Position numbers and translations under genes: made by a program. From positions 10,899-74,898 of the forward strand of contig JAFZWI010000023.1 of the NCBI GenBank assembly GCA_017617355.1: a stretch of 64,000 nt of DNA, given 5' to 3'. How positions within the stretch are numbered: position 1 is the first letter of the stretch; each line of letters opens with the position of its first letter. Shown here one piece after another: positions 1-9,720 of the stretch. Under the pieces are notes generated by a model that made no database searches, was not told where the DNA came from, and was given only the letters and a program-made list of their open reading frames with translations. The stretch is from Salinivirgaceae bacterium (lineage in GTDB: Bacteria; Bacteroidota; Bacteroidia; Bacteroidales; SZUA-534).

Positions 1-79
1 AAAGTGAGCAATGACCCAAAACTTTTGACAAACGACAATTAAAGCGCCAGAAAACGAACACCACAAATAAAAACATTTG

Positions 80-87
80 TATATTTG
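80..87 (+). promoter_or_regulatory. Bacteroidota sigma70 -7 promoter element (TATATTTG)
   Basis: Matches the TAnnTTTG consensus ~55 nt upstream of the ORF at 143. Confidence 0.5.
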
Positions 88-142
88 TGGCTTTAAGAAC
101 AAACTTTTGTTTAATTTATTGTTTAATTAAAAATTTAAAAAG

Positions 143-982
143 ATGAAAAAAAGATTCATGTTTGCAACTATGATGGTTGCTATGTGTTCAACAGCTCTTT
201 TCACCTCTTGCGGTGAAGAAGAAGCACTTGAAGGTTCTGTAGAGGAGCAATTCAAATTTGGTGAGTTGACAGCTATTGCTAACCCTGATGGTACAATAGA
301 TATCAGCGGTCACATTGCTACCAACACCAAACTTAAAGAGTTCGCTTTGTACAACGAAGATGGTTCTATCGCTTACGATTTTCTTGAGGCTAATGACCAG
401 GTTAAAACCAAAAACAAAGAGTTGGATGAGAATGGCAAAGCTGTTAAAGACAAATTCTTTGAGCTTGACATTAAGTCAACTGGCAAATTACCTGTAGCTA
501 TCTATACTCTTAGAATTAAAACCAAAAAGGCTGGCACTTTTGAAGAGGGTATTGGTGAGGCATATAAATTTATGGTAGGTACTGGCGCAAATGACACTCT
601 TGGTTCACAAATTTCTCTGCGCGACAAAAAATGCTTTAAGTTGGGTGATTTCTATAATACAGAAGATGGCTCTTTGAAAAATGCAGCATATGCTAACAGC
701 ATTGAGATATATCTAACATCTGACCTCAAAATTGCTTCTGCAAAAGGTTTGAAAGTTGCCACAACAACAAATGACGTAAGATCTCAAGAGGAAGCAGATG
801 CTATCAAAGCTGCTTTAGCTGACGCAAAAGTATATGAAGCCAATAAATGTGTTATCACAACTACAGATTGCATCGCTACTTATAATATAGAAGTTATTGA
901 TGCAAATGCTGTTTGGTTAAGCGGCGTTCGTATCAATTCTAAGGGTACTTTGAAGATTGACACTTCAGCTGCTTTCAATTAA
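143..982 (+). CDS. Hypothetical lipoprotein
   Basis: 279 aa; signal peptide II MKKRF...LFTSC followed by an acidic stretch (GEEEALE) like the Bacteroidota lipoprotein export signal; followed by a terminator. Confidence 0.8.
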   Translation: MKKRFMFATMMVAMCSTALFTSCGEEEALEGSVEEQFKFGELTAIANPDGTIDISGHIATNTKLKEFALYNEDGSIAYDFLEANDQVKTKNKELDENGKAVKDKFFELDIKSTGKLPVAIYTLRIKTKKAGTFEEGIGEAYKFMVGTGANDTLGSQISLRDKKCFKLGDFYNTEDGSLKNAAYANSIEIYLTSDLKIASAKGLKVATTTNDVRSQEEADAIKAALADAKVYEANKCVITTTDCIATYNIEVIDANAVWLSGVRINSKGTLKIDTSAAFN

Positions 983-1006
983 TCAGTAATTGTCAAATAA
1001 CGAACG

Positions 1007-1037
1007 AGAGCCGCTCAATAGAGCGGCTCTTTTTTTT
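1007..1037 (+). terminator. Rho-independent terminator
   Basis: agagccgctc-aata-gagcggctct perfect stem followed by a T tract. Confidence 0.9.
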
Positions 1038-1065
1038 GTCTAATAAATAATAACACAAAGAGCTG

Positions 1066-1145
1066 TACCGAAAACTTTTGCCGGTTTTACAAAAAGTTTT
1101 CACTATACTGAAAACTTTTGCTACTTTTGTAAAAAGTTTTCAGTA
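1066..1145. repeat. Two tandem 40-bp palindromic units (TACTGAAAACTTTT-N12-AAAAGTTTTCAGTA)
   Basis: 1066-1105 taccgaaaacttttgccggttttacaaaaagttttcacta; 1106-1145 tactgaaaacttttgctacttttgtaaaaagttttcagta; the spacer of copy 2 contains a TACTTTTG -7 promoter motif. Confidence 0.9.
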
Positions 1146-1153
1146 GAAGCGTT

Positions 1154-2350
1154 ATGATAAGCAGAGAAAAATACATCGCACAAATCAGGCCGTTTTACGA
1201 GAGCGACTTGATAAAGGTCATTACCGGAATTCGCCGCTGCGGAAAGTCGGTGGTGTTGGAGCAAATAAAGAACGAACTTGCTGCGCAAGGCAAACGAATC
1301 GCCTATCTGAATTTTGAGGATAGGCAAGTTTCGGCAACAATAACAACCGATTTGGAATTGACCGAACACATTGAAAATGAACTTTCGGCCAACCCAAACG
1401 AGAAACTGTATGTGTTTTTGGACGAGGTTCAGATGGTGAAAAATTGGAATCTTGCCTGCCGTTCGCTTCGGTTGCGGAATGTTTCGCTTTTCATCACCGG
1501 CTCAAACTCGAAACTGCTTTCACGCGAGTTTACAAAGGAGTTGAGCGGACGTTATGTCTCTTTCACAATCAGACCGTTTGTGTATAAGGAGATTGTGGAA
1601 TATGCCAAAGAGCTCGGTCGCAATGTGTCGGTGAATGATTATCTTATTTATGGCGGCTTTCCGAAACGTTTTGAATTTCAAGGACAAGAAGAGATGCTGC
1701 GCTACTTGAACGATTTGGATGAGACAATTGTCCTGAACGACATCATTAACCGCTACAGCATTCGTAAGCAAGAGATTTTCAAGAAGTTGGTGAACTATGT
1801 GCTTATATCGAATGCAAGAATTTTCAGCTCAAATTCGGTTCACCGCTATTTAAAATCGCAAAAGACTGATTGTTCGATAAATACGGTGATGAAATATATC
1901 GATTATCTTGAAGAAGCCTACGTTGTAAGGAAACTTCCGCAGTATTCAACCAAGGCGAAAAAGCAACTTGAGTTTTACACCAAACTCTATGATGAGGATG
2001 TGGCATTTAACTCAATCCGCCAACCGAACAATCGTTTTGATATTACACATAACCTTGAGAATGTAGTATATAACGAGCTTGTATATATGGGCTACAACCT
2101 AACGGTGTATAACGTGAACGACAAGGAAATCGACTTTTTGGCCGCTAAAAACGGGCGGGAATATCTTGTGCAGGTTGCGTACAGCGTAGTTGAGGAAATC
2201 ACCTACAAGCGTGAGTTTGCGGCATTTAACGAGCTCGATAACTCGCGCAAAAAGATTCTCATAACCAACGATGATAACGATTTCTCGACAAGCACCGTGC
2301 AGCATATACGGCTTGCTGATTTCTTGATGATGAACGATTTAGAAGGTTAG
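1154..2350 (+). CDS. AAA+ ATP-binding protein (AAA_14 + DUF4143, COG1373-type) with C-terminal PD-(D/E)XK-like domain
   Basis: Walker A GIRRCGKS, Walker B VFLDEVQ, ITGSNS, YGGFP, C-terminal LENVVYNEL...EIDF...LVQVAY. Confidence 0.9.
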   Translation: MISREKYIAQIRPFYESDLIKVITGIRRCGKSVVLEQIKNELAAQGKRIAYLNFEDRQVSATITTDLELTEHIENELSANPNEKLYVFLDEVQMVKNWNLACRSLRLRNVSLFITGSNSKLLSREFTKELSGRYVSFTIRPFVYKEIVEYAKELGRNVSVNDYLIYGGFPKRFEFQGQEEMLRYLNDLDETIVLNDIINRYSIRKQEIFKKLVNYVLISNARIFSSNSVHRYLKSQKTDCSINTVMKYIDYLEEAYVVRKLPQYSTKAKKQLEFYTKLYDEDVAFNSIRQPNNRFDITHNLENVVYNELVYMGYNLTVYNVNDKEIDFLAAKNGREYLVQVAYSVVEEITYKREFAAFNELDNSRKKILITNDDNDFSTSTVQHIRLADFLMMNDLEG

Positions 2351-2360
2351 CGTGATTCTC

Positions 2361-2400
2361 TACTGAAAACTTTTGCCGATTTTATAAAAAGTTTTCAGTA
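2361..2400. repeat. Third copy of the 40-bp palindromic unit
   Basis: tactgaaaacttttgccgattttataaaaagttttcagta; contains the last codon and stop of pgeF on the - strand. Confidence 0.9.
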
Positions 2401-3174
2401 AGCAATTTCTCCTTCCACCATTATCCCCGTTCCAATCCGTCCCAAAGTGTGATTGTGCCTGTACGAGAAAAACTCATTCGGGTGGCATTTAGTGCAGATT
2501 TGCGCCACCTCAATGTTTTCTGGCAGCAGGCCGGCTGTAATAAGATGCTGACGATTGACGGCCGTCAAATCGATGTGCGGACGCAGCCATTCGGGTTTGT
2601 GCAAGATAGCTTCGGGCCATGATGAGAACTGTTCGGCAACATCGTCACCCACCTCGAAACAGCAACCCCCAATGCACGGGCCCAACGCTGCAACCATACG
2701 GCTTGGCTTTGAGCCGAACTCGCGTTGCATGGCCTCAACTGTAAGGCGAACAATACCGCCCACAGTGCCGCGCCAGCCAGCGTGAATGGCCGCAGCCGCA
2801 CGGTTTTCAGCGTCGTAGAGAAGAACCGATTGGCAATCGGCTGTCAGCACCATAATGCAAACGCCTGGCTGATTGGTTATAAGCGCATCGGTATTAGGAA
2901 TACGGCTGTCAATAGTAAGAGCGCCAAGGCCGGCATTAGTTCCGTTTACAACGGCGATATTTAGGCTGTGTGTCTGCTCGGCGGTTGTCAGACGGTTGAT
3001 GTTGAAACCAACTGAAGCAGCCAAGCGACGGCGGTTTTCCACACCGTTGGGGCTGCGTAGATTGATATCGCCCAACGCACCCTGACGGCACGAAGTCACA
3101 AAATGGCGTATACCACCACACCGGTCCAGACTGCCAAAGGTGTAATACGGAAAATCGGCGGCATGAAAAAGCAT
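2395..3174 (-). CDS. pgeF: Peptidoglycan editing factor PgeF / YfiH (laccase-domain protein)
   Basis: Motifs QTHS, TDALIT, VLTADC, AIHAGWRG, GPCIG..CFEVG, CTKC..FFSYR; ATG at 3174 (TTG at 3180 is an alternative start). Confidence 0.9.
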   Translation of the reverse strand: MLFHAADFPYYTFGSLDRCGGIRHFVTSCRQGALGDINLRSPNGVENRRRLAASVGFNINRLTTAEQTHSLNIAVVNGTNAGLGALTIDSRIPNTDALITNQPGVCIMVLTADCQSVLLYDAENRAAAAIHAGWRGTVGGIVRLTVEAMQREFGSKPSRMVAALGPCIGGCCFEVGDDVAEQFSSWPEAILHKPEWLRPHIDLTAVNRQHLITAGLLPENIEVAQICTKCHPNEFFSYRHNHTLGRIGTGIMVEGEIAY

Positions 3175-3186
3175 GAACAACGACGC

Positions 3187-5550
3187 TTATGCGTTTCCTG
3201 AATCGATGCCGTGCTCTTTCATATATGATTGTATCTCAAGCATCAGGCGGTCTTTGAGCTCATGCTCGCGGTTGCGGTTCTCCGATACAACAATCACATG
3301 GTCAGGCTGCTCGTTAAGATACACAACCTTATAGTATTCAGTGGTGCGCAGTTGCTTTCCGCGAATCAGCGATTTATTCTTACGCCGAGCCTTGCCAGTA
3401 TTCAGCAATGCTGGCCAGAACTCGTTAATGAACTGTTCGCGCGCCACTTCGTCTTGCGTGACAAGCGAGACATACGGAACACCGATAAACGTGTCGCCGA
3501 CATTGTAGAAGAACATCAGGCGCTTCGACATGCTCATTATTTTTCCGCTCAAATCGATTTCGGCAACCATTAATCCTTTGTAGTAGGCGCTGATTTGCGC
3601 GTTCAGCTGGTCTTGCCGCTTGGTGGCCTCCTCTTGTGTGGCCTGCATCTCCTCAAGGTTCTGGCGCATTTCCTCCTCATGCTGCGACAGCACTTCGGTC
3701 TGTTCGTTCGACTGCTCAAGCAGCTTTGCGTTGTGTGCGTTGATGCTGACATTGGAAACAGCCGACGCCATATTCTCGCACAGATGCTCCACAAAATCTA
3801 TCTTGTATTTCTCAATATGATTGTACGATATAAGCTCCATTATGCCGTAAATCTCATCGTTGACAATCATCGGAGCGAGCAGCAGGTTGCGCGGCTTCTG
3901 CTCCTCGCGTTTGCCCTGTGTGAATGTCACAAAGCTGTCGGGCACATCTTCGAGATAGATAAGACGCATCTCGTCGATAACGCGGCCGAAAAGACCGTCT
4001 TTAGCCGTTACAACGGTGTCGAGCATTATCTGCTTTCCGTAGGCTATGGCGGCCTTGCTCTCGAACTTCAGCTCTGTGTCATATTCATCTTCTATCTTGA
4101 AATAAACCGCGCCCTGCACAATATTCATATATTTCAGCAGCTCGTTAAGCACGTTGTAGGCGAAGCTGTCAGCGTTCTCGTTCTCCTGACGGATAATCTC
4201 GCCAAATTCGGCCAGGCCGTGGGTAACCCAGTTGCGCTGTGCGTCGAATTCTTTCTTCTGGTCCTCCTCCTCTTTGGCTTTAACAAGGCTTTTCTGCATG
4301 GCGATAAGCGACTCGCCCAGAGTGTCCTCGTTGCTGAGCAGCCGGTATTGGGCGTCGTAGTTGCCCTTGCCTATCTCTCCGGCAAAGTTCACCGATGCTT
4401 TCAAGCCGTCGCACAACACTTCAATCGACTCGGTAAGGTCGGTTATCTCGCTCTTAATACGTGTCTTATGCATCTTCTCGTCGCTGATGACACCCAGCGA
4501 CAAGTCGGCCAGTTTGTTGTTAATGCCGACAATGGTTCCCGATATTGTCCGGGCCACTATTGAAATAACTATCGAAATGATAATGAGGCCAATAATGGTT
4601 ATGATAAGCAAACGCAGAAGACTGCTGCTCCGTTGTTTGAAGCTGCTCTTCCACGACGATACAGTAACCACGTGCCAATAACTCTGCGCGTTGTCAAAAC
4701 ATGCCTTGTTGCAAACAATAATCGATTTCTCGCCGTTGATATCGTTGCCTATGTAAAGAGTGTCGCGGGCAATACTGTCGATGTCCGCAACAATAGTCTG
4801 TTTCGTACCTGTCAGTTTGGTGTCGCGGCTGTAGAGATATTTTCCGGATTCTGAAATCAGATAATTCTTTTCGTCTTTGCCGTCGGGGTTCAGCACAAGC
4901 AGTTTCTTCAAATCGTGTATCGAAAGGTCGATGCCCACAACGCCCATAAACTCATCCCAGACGATTATTGGAGCCACTATTGATGTCATCAGAATGGAGT
5001 CTTTGCCGTTATAAGAATAGAAGTAGGGCTCCACCATTTTGGTCTTTTTTGTGTCGCGCGGCAGGGTGTAGAAATCCTCCTCGTATTGCGTGTCGGTTGT
5101 CTCTTCCGATTTTATCTCTTCGTCAACCCGATAGAAAGAGGGCGAGAAGCTGCCAATGGAATTGGAGTTAACCTTGTCAATGTAGTTTTCGTCAAGATTG
5201 TCGATGCTGTTCGGCTCCCAAATCGACCAGGCTGCACAGAGGTCAGGATTTTCCAATAATGTCTGGTGCAAAAGGTCGCTGAAGAATGGCCGGCGCTCGG
5301 TTTCCTCAATATCGTTGTAGTTGGCCATTGTGGCAGCCAAGGTCTCCACTATCTTTGTGCGGCTTGCAACAAGTCCCTCAATGCGGCTGGTTATGTCGCT
5401 CGATTCCTGTTTCATTTCGGTGTACGAGTCGGCTTTGAGATTTTCCGCCACTTCGTAGATGATATAACCCATTGCGGCTATATACATTATAAGCGATGTG
5501 CCCAACAGGTTGAGCACCATTTTCCGGTGGATAGTCTTTTTAAAAATCAT
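3187..5550 (-). CDS. Membrane sensor: TM-dCache-TM-HAMP-GAF-coiled coil-PAS-like, no kinase domain
   Basis: Two TM helices flanking a Cache-like region (EPYFYSY..ILMTSIVAPI..FMGVVGID), GAF (LLLAPMIVNDEIYGIMELIS), EEEMRQNLEEMQATQEE coil. Confidence 0.8.
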   Translation of the reverse strand: MIFKKTIHRKMVLNLLGTSLIMYIAAMGYIIYEVAENLKADSYTEMKQESSDITSRIEGLVASRTKIVETLAATMANYNDIEETERRPFFSDLLHQTLLENPDLCAAWSIWEPNSIDNLDENYIDKVNSNSIGSFSPSFYRVDEEIKSEETTDTQYEEDFYTLPRDTKKTKMVEPYFYSYNGKDSILMTSIVAPIIVWDEFMGVVGIDLSIHDLKKLLVLNPDGKDEKNYLISESGKYLYSRDTKLTGTKQTIVADIDSIARDTLYIGNDINGEKSIIVCNKACFDNAQSYWHVVTVSSWKSSFKQRSSSLLRLLIITIIGLIIISIVISIVARTISGTIVGINNKLADLSLGVISDEKMHKTRIKSEITDLTESIEVLCDGLKASVNFAGEIGKGNYDAQYRLLSNEDTLGESLIAMQKSLVKAKEEEDQKKEFDAQRNWVTHGLAEFGEIIRQENENADSFAYNVLNELLKYMNIVQGAVYFKIEDEYDTELKFESKAAIAYGKQIMLDTVVTAKDGLFGRVIDEMRLIYLEDVPDSFVTFTQGKREEQKPRNLLLAPMIVNDEIYGIMELISYNHIEKYKIDFVEHLCENMASAVSNVSINAHNAKLLEQSNEQTEVLSQHEEEMRQNLEEMQATQEEATKRQDQLNAQISAYYKGLMVAEIDLSGKIMSMSKRLMFFYNVGDTFIGVPYVSLVTQDEVAREQFINEFWPALLNTGKARRKNKSLIRGKQLRTTEYYKVVYLNEQPDHVIVVSENRNREHELKDRLMLEIQSYMKEHGIDSGNA

Positions 5551-5582
5551 CTCTTTTCTATTTAGTTTCCAGAAAAACGTTT

Positions 5583-8309
5583 TTACTCATCAATCAGACC
5601 GATAAGCTCTGTAAGCTCATTGTAGGCCTCTTCCCATTTGCTCTTTGCGTCGACAAACACTTGCGGGATACGCTCGGTGCCCGAATTTTTCGTTATCGAG
5701 TTTATAATGGTGTCGAGCATGTCGGTTATCGGCTTAACTCCCAGATAATTGATTTTTGTCCGCAGGGCCTTCACCTCCATTTTCAGCACTTTGTAATTGT
5801 TGCTCTCCATGGTTTTTTCGATGTCAGCAAACTGTGCGGGAATCTGCTCGTAGTAGCGGCGCAGCATGTTGTCAATCTTCTTCTCGTCGTTTTTGTAAGC
5901 GGCGTTCATGTTGGTCAGGTCGATAAGGCGGCGCTTCTTGTTAGCCGATGTTTTCAGCATGCTTTTCAACTCCTCTGGTATCACGCCTTCGGCAACCATA
6001 TCTATCTGAGCCTCGTATTTCTTTTGTGTTGTTATGTCGAATCCAACAGCAACAATATCTACTATCTTCTTTGTGTCGTCGTAGATTGGAATGAAATGCA
6101 TGCGGAGCCAAACGGCGTCTTTTCCCTCGCCAAATTGCTCGTCCTCCTCCATAATGTTGCCTGCCAGTATCTCGTCCCAGAAGTGCTCATGCGCCTTGGC
6201 CTCAACTTCGGTCATCTGGACATCGGCCTTGTGGCGTTTGCCCACAACCTTGTTGCGACGCGTCTGCACAAAGTTCAGGAACTCCTCGTTGGCGTCGGTA
6301 ACGCGTTGCTGAAGGTCGTAGTGGACTATTGGCACAATGTTGCTAAGTGATTCGATAACCGCCAACAGCCCCTCCTCTTTATGCGTTGTCTCCTCCTGCG
6401 TGGCCTGCATTTCCTCCATGTTCTGGCGAATCTCCTCCTCTTGCTGTTCAAGCACTTCGGCCTGCTGTTTGGCTTTGCTGAGCAGCAGTGTCGTCTGAGC
6501 GTTTATCTTCACTGTCGACAATGTGGATGCTATGTTCTCCGACAGCTTTTCGACAAATGCTATCTGATACTGCTCGAAAACCTTGAGCGAGTAAAGCTCA
6601 ATGGCGCCCACCAATTTGCTGTTGTAGATGAGCGGCACAATCAAGGCCGATTTTGGCAGCGAACGGCCCAATCCTGAGCCGATGCGCTCCATATCATCGG
6701 GTATCTCACTGATGAATATCGTCTCGCGCTCGTGATAGATGCGCCCCATAAGGCCGTCGCTAGGGCTGAAGAACGTTTTTTCGCCCTTTTCTTTGCCGAA
6801 GCCCAAATGCGACACCAGTTCAAGCCCCTCGCGGTCCTCGGGAACAATGTAGAGAGCGCCCATTTGCGCGTTAAGGTAAAGTGTCAGTGTCTTTATTATC
6901 TCAGCGCTTATTGTCTGCATATCTTTGTTGTCGATACGCAAAACCTTGTTGAACAGGTTGATACCAGACGACGCCCAGTTCAGTTGCTCCTCCTCGGCGT
7001 GACGCTGGTTTTCCTCCTCTTTGGCCTCATCGAGGCTCGATTTCATCTCGATAATGGCGTTGCCCAGAACATCACGGTCGCTCAGCGGACTGAATTTGTA
7101 GTCGGAGTTGCCGTTGCCTATGTTCTCGGCAAATTTGGTTACCTGCAGCAGACCTTCGACCACCTTGTTCGACGAATCGGTCATCTGCCCAAGCTCGTTG
7201 TTGCTCTCAACACGCATCTCAAGCGTCTCGTCAACCTTGCCCTGCGCCAGACGGTTGATAACCTCGTTAACCTTCTTTATCGGGTTGACAATGCCCTGTG
7301 TCAGTATGGCGATGATGAGCGCAAGCAGCAACAGACCGATAAGAATGGCGCGTGTTACCACGTTGAGAGATTCGGCCATTTGTTCGTCGATGTTATCGTC
7401 GGTAACAACCACTATTTTCCATTGTGCGTTAAGGTTTTCGGGCAATATGGTTTGAATGTTGCAATAAGTGTCACCAGTGCTTCTATTTATCAAAGTACGA
7501 TTCACAACATCTTCCGATGACTCGTAGAGGAAGCCGCCAATCAATGTGTCTATCTCGTTGTAGAGTTGGCCGTTGAAGTTCTTGTCAGGGTTAGCGGCGA
7601 TAATGTGTCCCTTGGGCGAGAGGATGAAAACATGCTGGTTTCGTTCTTTCCCTATTGAATCGATTATTGTCTGCAGCGAGTTGGCGTTGATGTCTATCCC
7701 TATCACACCGGCAAAACTGCCGTTTTTGTTTATCGGCATTGCCATTGGGATGCGCATGGTGCGCTTGGCTGTCGAACCGTCGTAAAGATAGTAATCAGGT
7801 TCGGCTATGATTGGAGCACCGGCGTCTTTACATATAAAGTAGGGGTCCTCCATTTCGTCGTAAACCTGAGCTATGGTTTTTGAGCTGACCTCGGCACCGT
7901 ACGATGTGTTCTCGGCTTTAAGTGTGGTACGCCCCTCCTCGCTCGAGGCGTCAAGATACTGGCTGTCGAAGCTGAGCCACACAAACGACAATGCCTGGTT
8001 GTCCTCGCAGGCTTTCTTAATGGTTTTGTTGTAAAACGCGTCGTTTCCGGAGAAAGCCTGGTCATCGACCGACTCCACTATCGACCGCAAAGTCAGCAAT
8101 GTCTGATATTGGTCGGACGACATATTGCTGATTATTGTCGATACGTCGCTGATAACTGCGGCGTCCTTCTTTTCCATTGACTCGACAATCGAATTTCGGA
8201 ACTGCCGTGTGGCAAACCCCGAAGCAAACAGGATTACGGCGAAAACTGTTCCTAAAACCAAGCATAGCACTCTGATACTGAGGCGGATTCTGATTTTCAT
8301 ATCTATCAT
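5583..8309 (-). CDS. Paralogous membrane sensor: dCache-HAMP-GAF-PAS with C-terminal HPt-like helical domain
   Basis: Same architecture (FAGVIGID, ALIVPLIYNSKLVGAIELYS, EEEIRQNMEEMQATQEE), PAS/PAC (DANEEF...WLRMHFIPI...GFDIT), C-terminal IDLTNM...LRTKINYLG. Confidence 0.8.
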   Translation of the reverse strand: MIDMKIRIRLSIRVLCLVLGTVFAVILFASGFATRQFRNSIVESMEKKDAAVISDVSTIISNMSSDQYQTLLTLRSIVESVDDQAFSGNDAFYNKTIKKACEDNQALSFVWLSFDSQYLDASSEEGRTTLKAENTSYGAEVSSKTIAQVYDEMEDPYFICKDAGAPIIAEPDYYLYDGSTAKRTMRIPMAMPINKNGSFAGVIGIDINANSLQTIIDSIGKERNQHVFILSPKGHIIAANPDKNFNGQLYNEIDTLIGGFLYESSEDVVNRTLINRSTGDTYCNIQTILPENLNAQWKIVVVTDDNIDEQMAESLNVVTRAILIGLLLLALIIAILTQGIVNPIKKVNEVINRLAQGKVDETLEMRVESNNELGQMTDSSNKVVEGLLQVTKFAENIGNGNSDYKFSPLSDRDVLGNAIIEMKSSLDEAKEEENQRHAEEEQLNWASSGINLFNKVLRIDNKDMQTISAEIIKTLTLYLNAQMGALYIVPEDREGLELVSHLGFGKEKGEKTFFSPSDGLMGRIYHERETIFISEIPDDMERIGSGLGRSLPKSALIVPLIYNSKLVGAIELYSLKVFEQYQIAFVEKLSENIASTLSTVKINAQTTLLLSKAKQQAEVLEQQEEEIRQNMEEMQATQEETTHKEEGLLAVIESLSNIVPIVHYDLQQRVTDANEEFLNFVQTRRNKVVGKRHKADVQMTEVEAKAHEHFWDEILAGNIMEEDEQFGEGKDAVWLRMHFIPIYDDTKKIVDIVAVGFDITTQKKYEAQIDMVAEGVIPEELKSMLKTSANKKRRLIDLTNMNAAYKNDEKKIDNMLRRYYEQIPAQFADIEKTMESNNYKVLKMEVKALRTKINYLGVKPITDMLDTIINSITKNSGTERIPQVFVDAKSKWEEAYNELTELIGLIDE

Positions 8310-8514
8310 TTTTTCTTTTTGAAACCCGAAGCCGGAACCACCGTTTTACACGACGCGGCACCCGACTGAACCAAAAAATAAATATGCACATTTTTTTTTA
8401 TCGGGAAGAATTTTTGGTGAGATTTTTTGAGATAGTAAGGTAGTGACACCCAGCATCGCAGAAAAGCGACGCTTCTTGGTGTAAATAAGAAATTGCGGAA
8501 GGTCAGATAGCGAT

Positions 8515-9714
8515 TCAAATATCGCGGCGGAGTTTTTCGAATCCGTATTTTAATCCGATTGTTACAGTATGAACTGCGCCACTTGTTTTGAGTGTTGGCG
8601 AATCAATGTTTATCGGCATAAATGAGTAACGAAGCGAGGGCGAAAAAATAAGTTGGTTATATCGGCCTTTACGATTAGGAACAAGACCGCCTTCTATTTC
8701 GTAATCAACCTCAACGGCAATCACTGGCTGCATTTTTCCTTTTATCCTTGCTTTTTTGAGGTTTTCGTTTTTTTCTTGTTCTTTCTCGTCGGGTGCAAGC
8801 CTAAACCAGCCTATACCCAAAGTTGGTGTTATTGCAATTGAATATGGACAATGAATAGAATAACCAGCATTAATACCATATATTTCGCTGGAACTTTTCC
8901 CTCCATTTTTCAAGATAGCATCATTAAAATCGATGTCATCATTAACATTTCCCCAAGCACCCTCAATATTTGCGTTTAGAACGAAATTGGCGTATGATAG
9001 GCCAAAATACATATTTACCGCAAGTCCATTATTCACCAGTTTGCCGAATTGACCTTGATTGAAGGCTGCTCCGGCGGAAACCCTAAAGTCAATTGTTGGC
9101 CTTGTATGGACGTATTTGTCCCTAATCAGGTTTCTTACAAATGTCTCGTACTCGCTCATTGGGTGGCGGGCAAGATACTCGTCGCTGGCGTCGTTCAACA
9201 TCTCCCTTCGGTCGCCCTTGGTTTGGGGGGCATATTGCTTAACAAACAACAGTAGAAAATCGCGGCCGCTCTCGCTGAGCGATTCGTCGTTTTCAATATC
9301 CTGCTTGTAAAAGTCGTAGTTCATGTAGAGCGAATCGACAAGCAACGGGAAAATGCTGTATTTGAACGGATTGGTTCGTTTTCGGTATTGCTCGATAGTG
9401 AGCGAGTCGAAAATCATTTCGGAGGCGGCCAGCTGATATTTTTGCAGCCAAATGGCCAATAGCCACACCTCGCCTTGCGACAGGGCTTTGAATTTGTCGT
9501 TTTCAAACTCGGTGCGGGCGTAGAACATCAGCTCCTCAGCTTTGGTGCGGTCGTTGTCTATGATTGCCTCGAAAATGCGGTCGCGGCACTTCTCAATCAT
9601 CTCGGTTTTCGATTGGTGCGTTGTCAGGTATTGGCGCATTGCGGCGGTATCAACCTGCGCGCTGGCGCAAATACTGCTTGCGGCAACTATTATTGTTAGA
9701 ATTATCTTTCTCAT
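8515..9714 (-). CDS. Putative outer-membrane protein (helical N-domain + C-terminal beta-barrel)
   Basis: Signal peptide I (ASA-QV); amphipathic beta strands in the C-terminal half; paralogous to 9721-10959. Confidence 0.65.
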   Translation of the reverse strand: MRKIILTIIVAASSICASAQVDTAAMRQYLTTHQSKTEMIEKCRDRIFEAIIDNDRTKAEELMFYARTEFENDKFKALSQGEVWLLAIWLQKYQLAASEMIFDSLTIEQYRKRTNPFKYSIFPLLVDSLYMNYDFYKQDIENDESLSESGRDFLLLFVKQYAPQTKGDRREMLNDASDEYLARHPMSEYETFVRNLIRDKYVHTRPTIDFRVSAGAAFNQGQFGKLVNNGLAVNMYFGLSYANFVLNANIEGAWGNVNDDIDFNDAILKNGGKSSSEIYGINAGYSIHCPYSIAITPTLGIGWFRLAPDEKEQEKNENLKKARIKGKMQPVIAVEVDYEIEGGLVPNRKGRYNQLIFSPSLRYSFMPINIDSPTLKTSGAVHTVTIGLKYGFEKLRRDI

Positions 9715-9720
9715 AATGAA

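Noticed and set aside
1066-1145. 40-bp repeats as a CRISPR array
   Set aside because: The units abut with no unique spacers, there are only two in tandem, and there are no cas genes in the window.
3229-7785. Long + strand ORFs (e.g. 3595..4563, 5661..6350, 6732..7520)
   Set aside because: Antisense shadows of the two sensor genes with no recognisable motifs.
8320-8500. Possible riboswitch upstream of the sensor operon
   Set aside because: There are short GC-rich stems, but no match to any riboswitch consensus I can recognise; an Rfam search would be needed.
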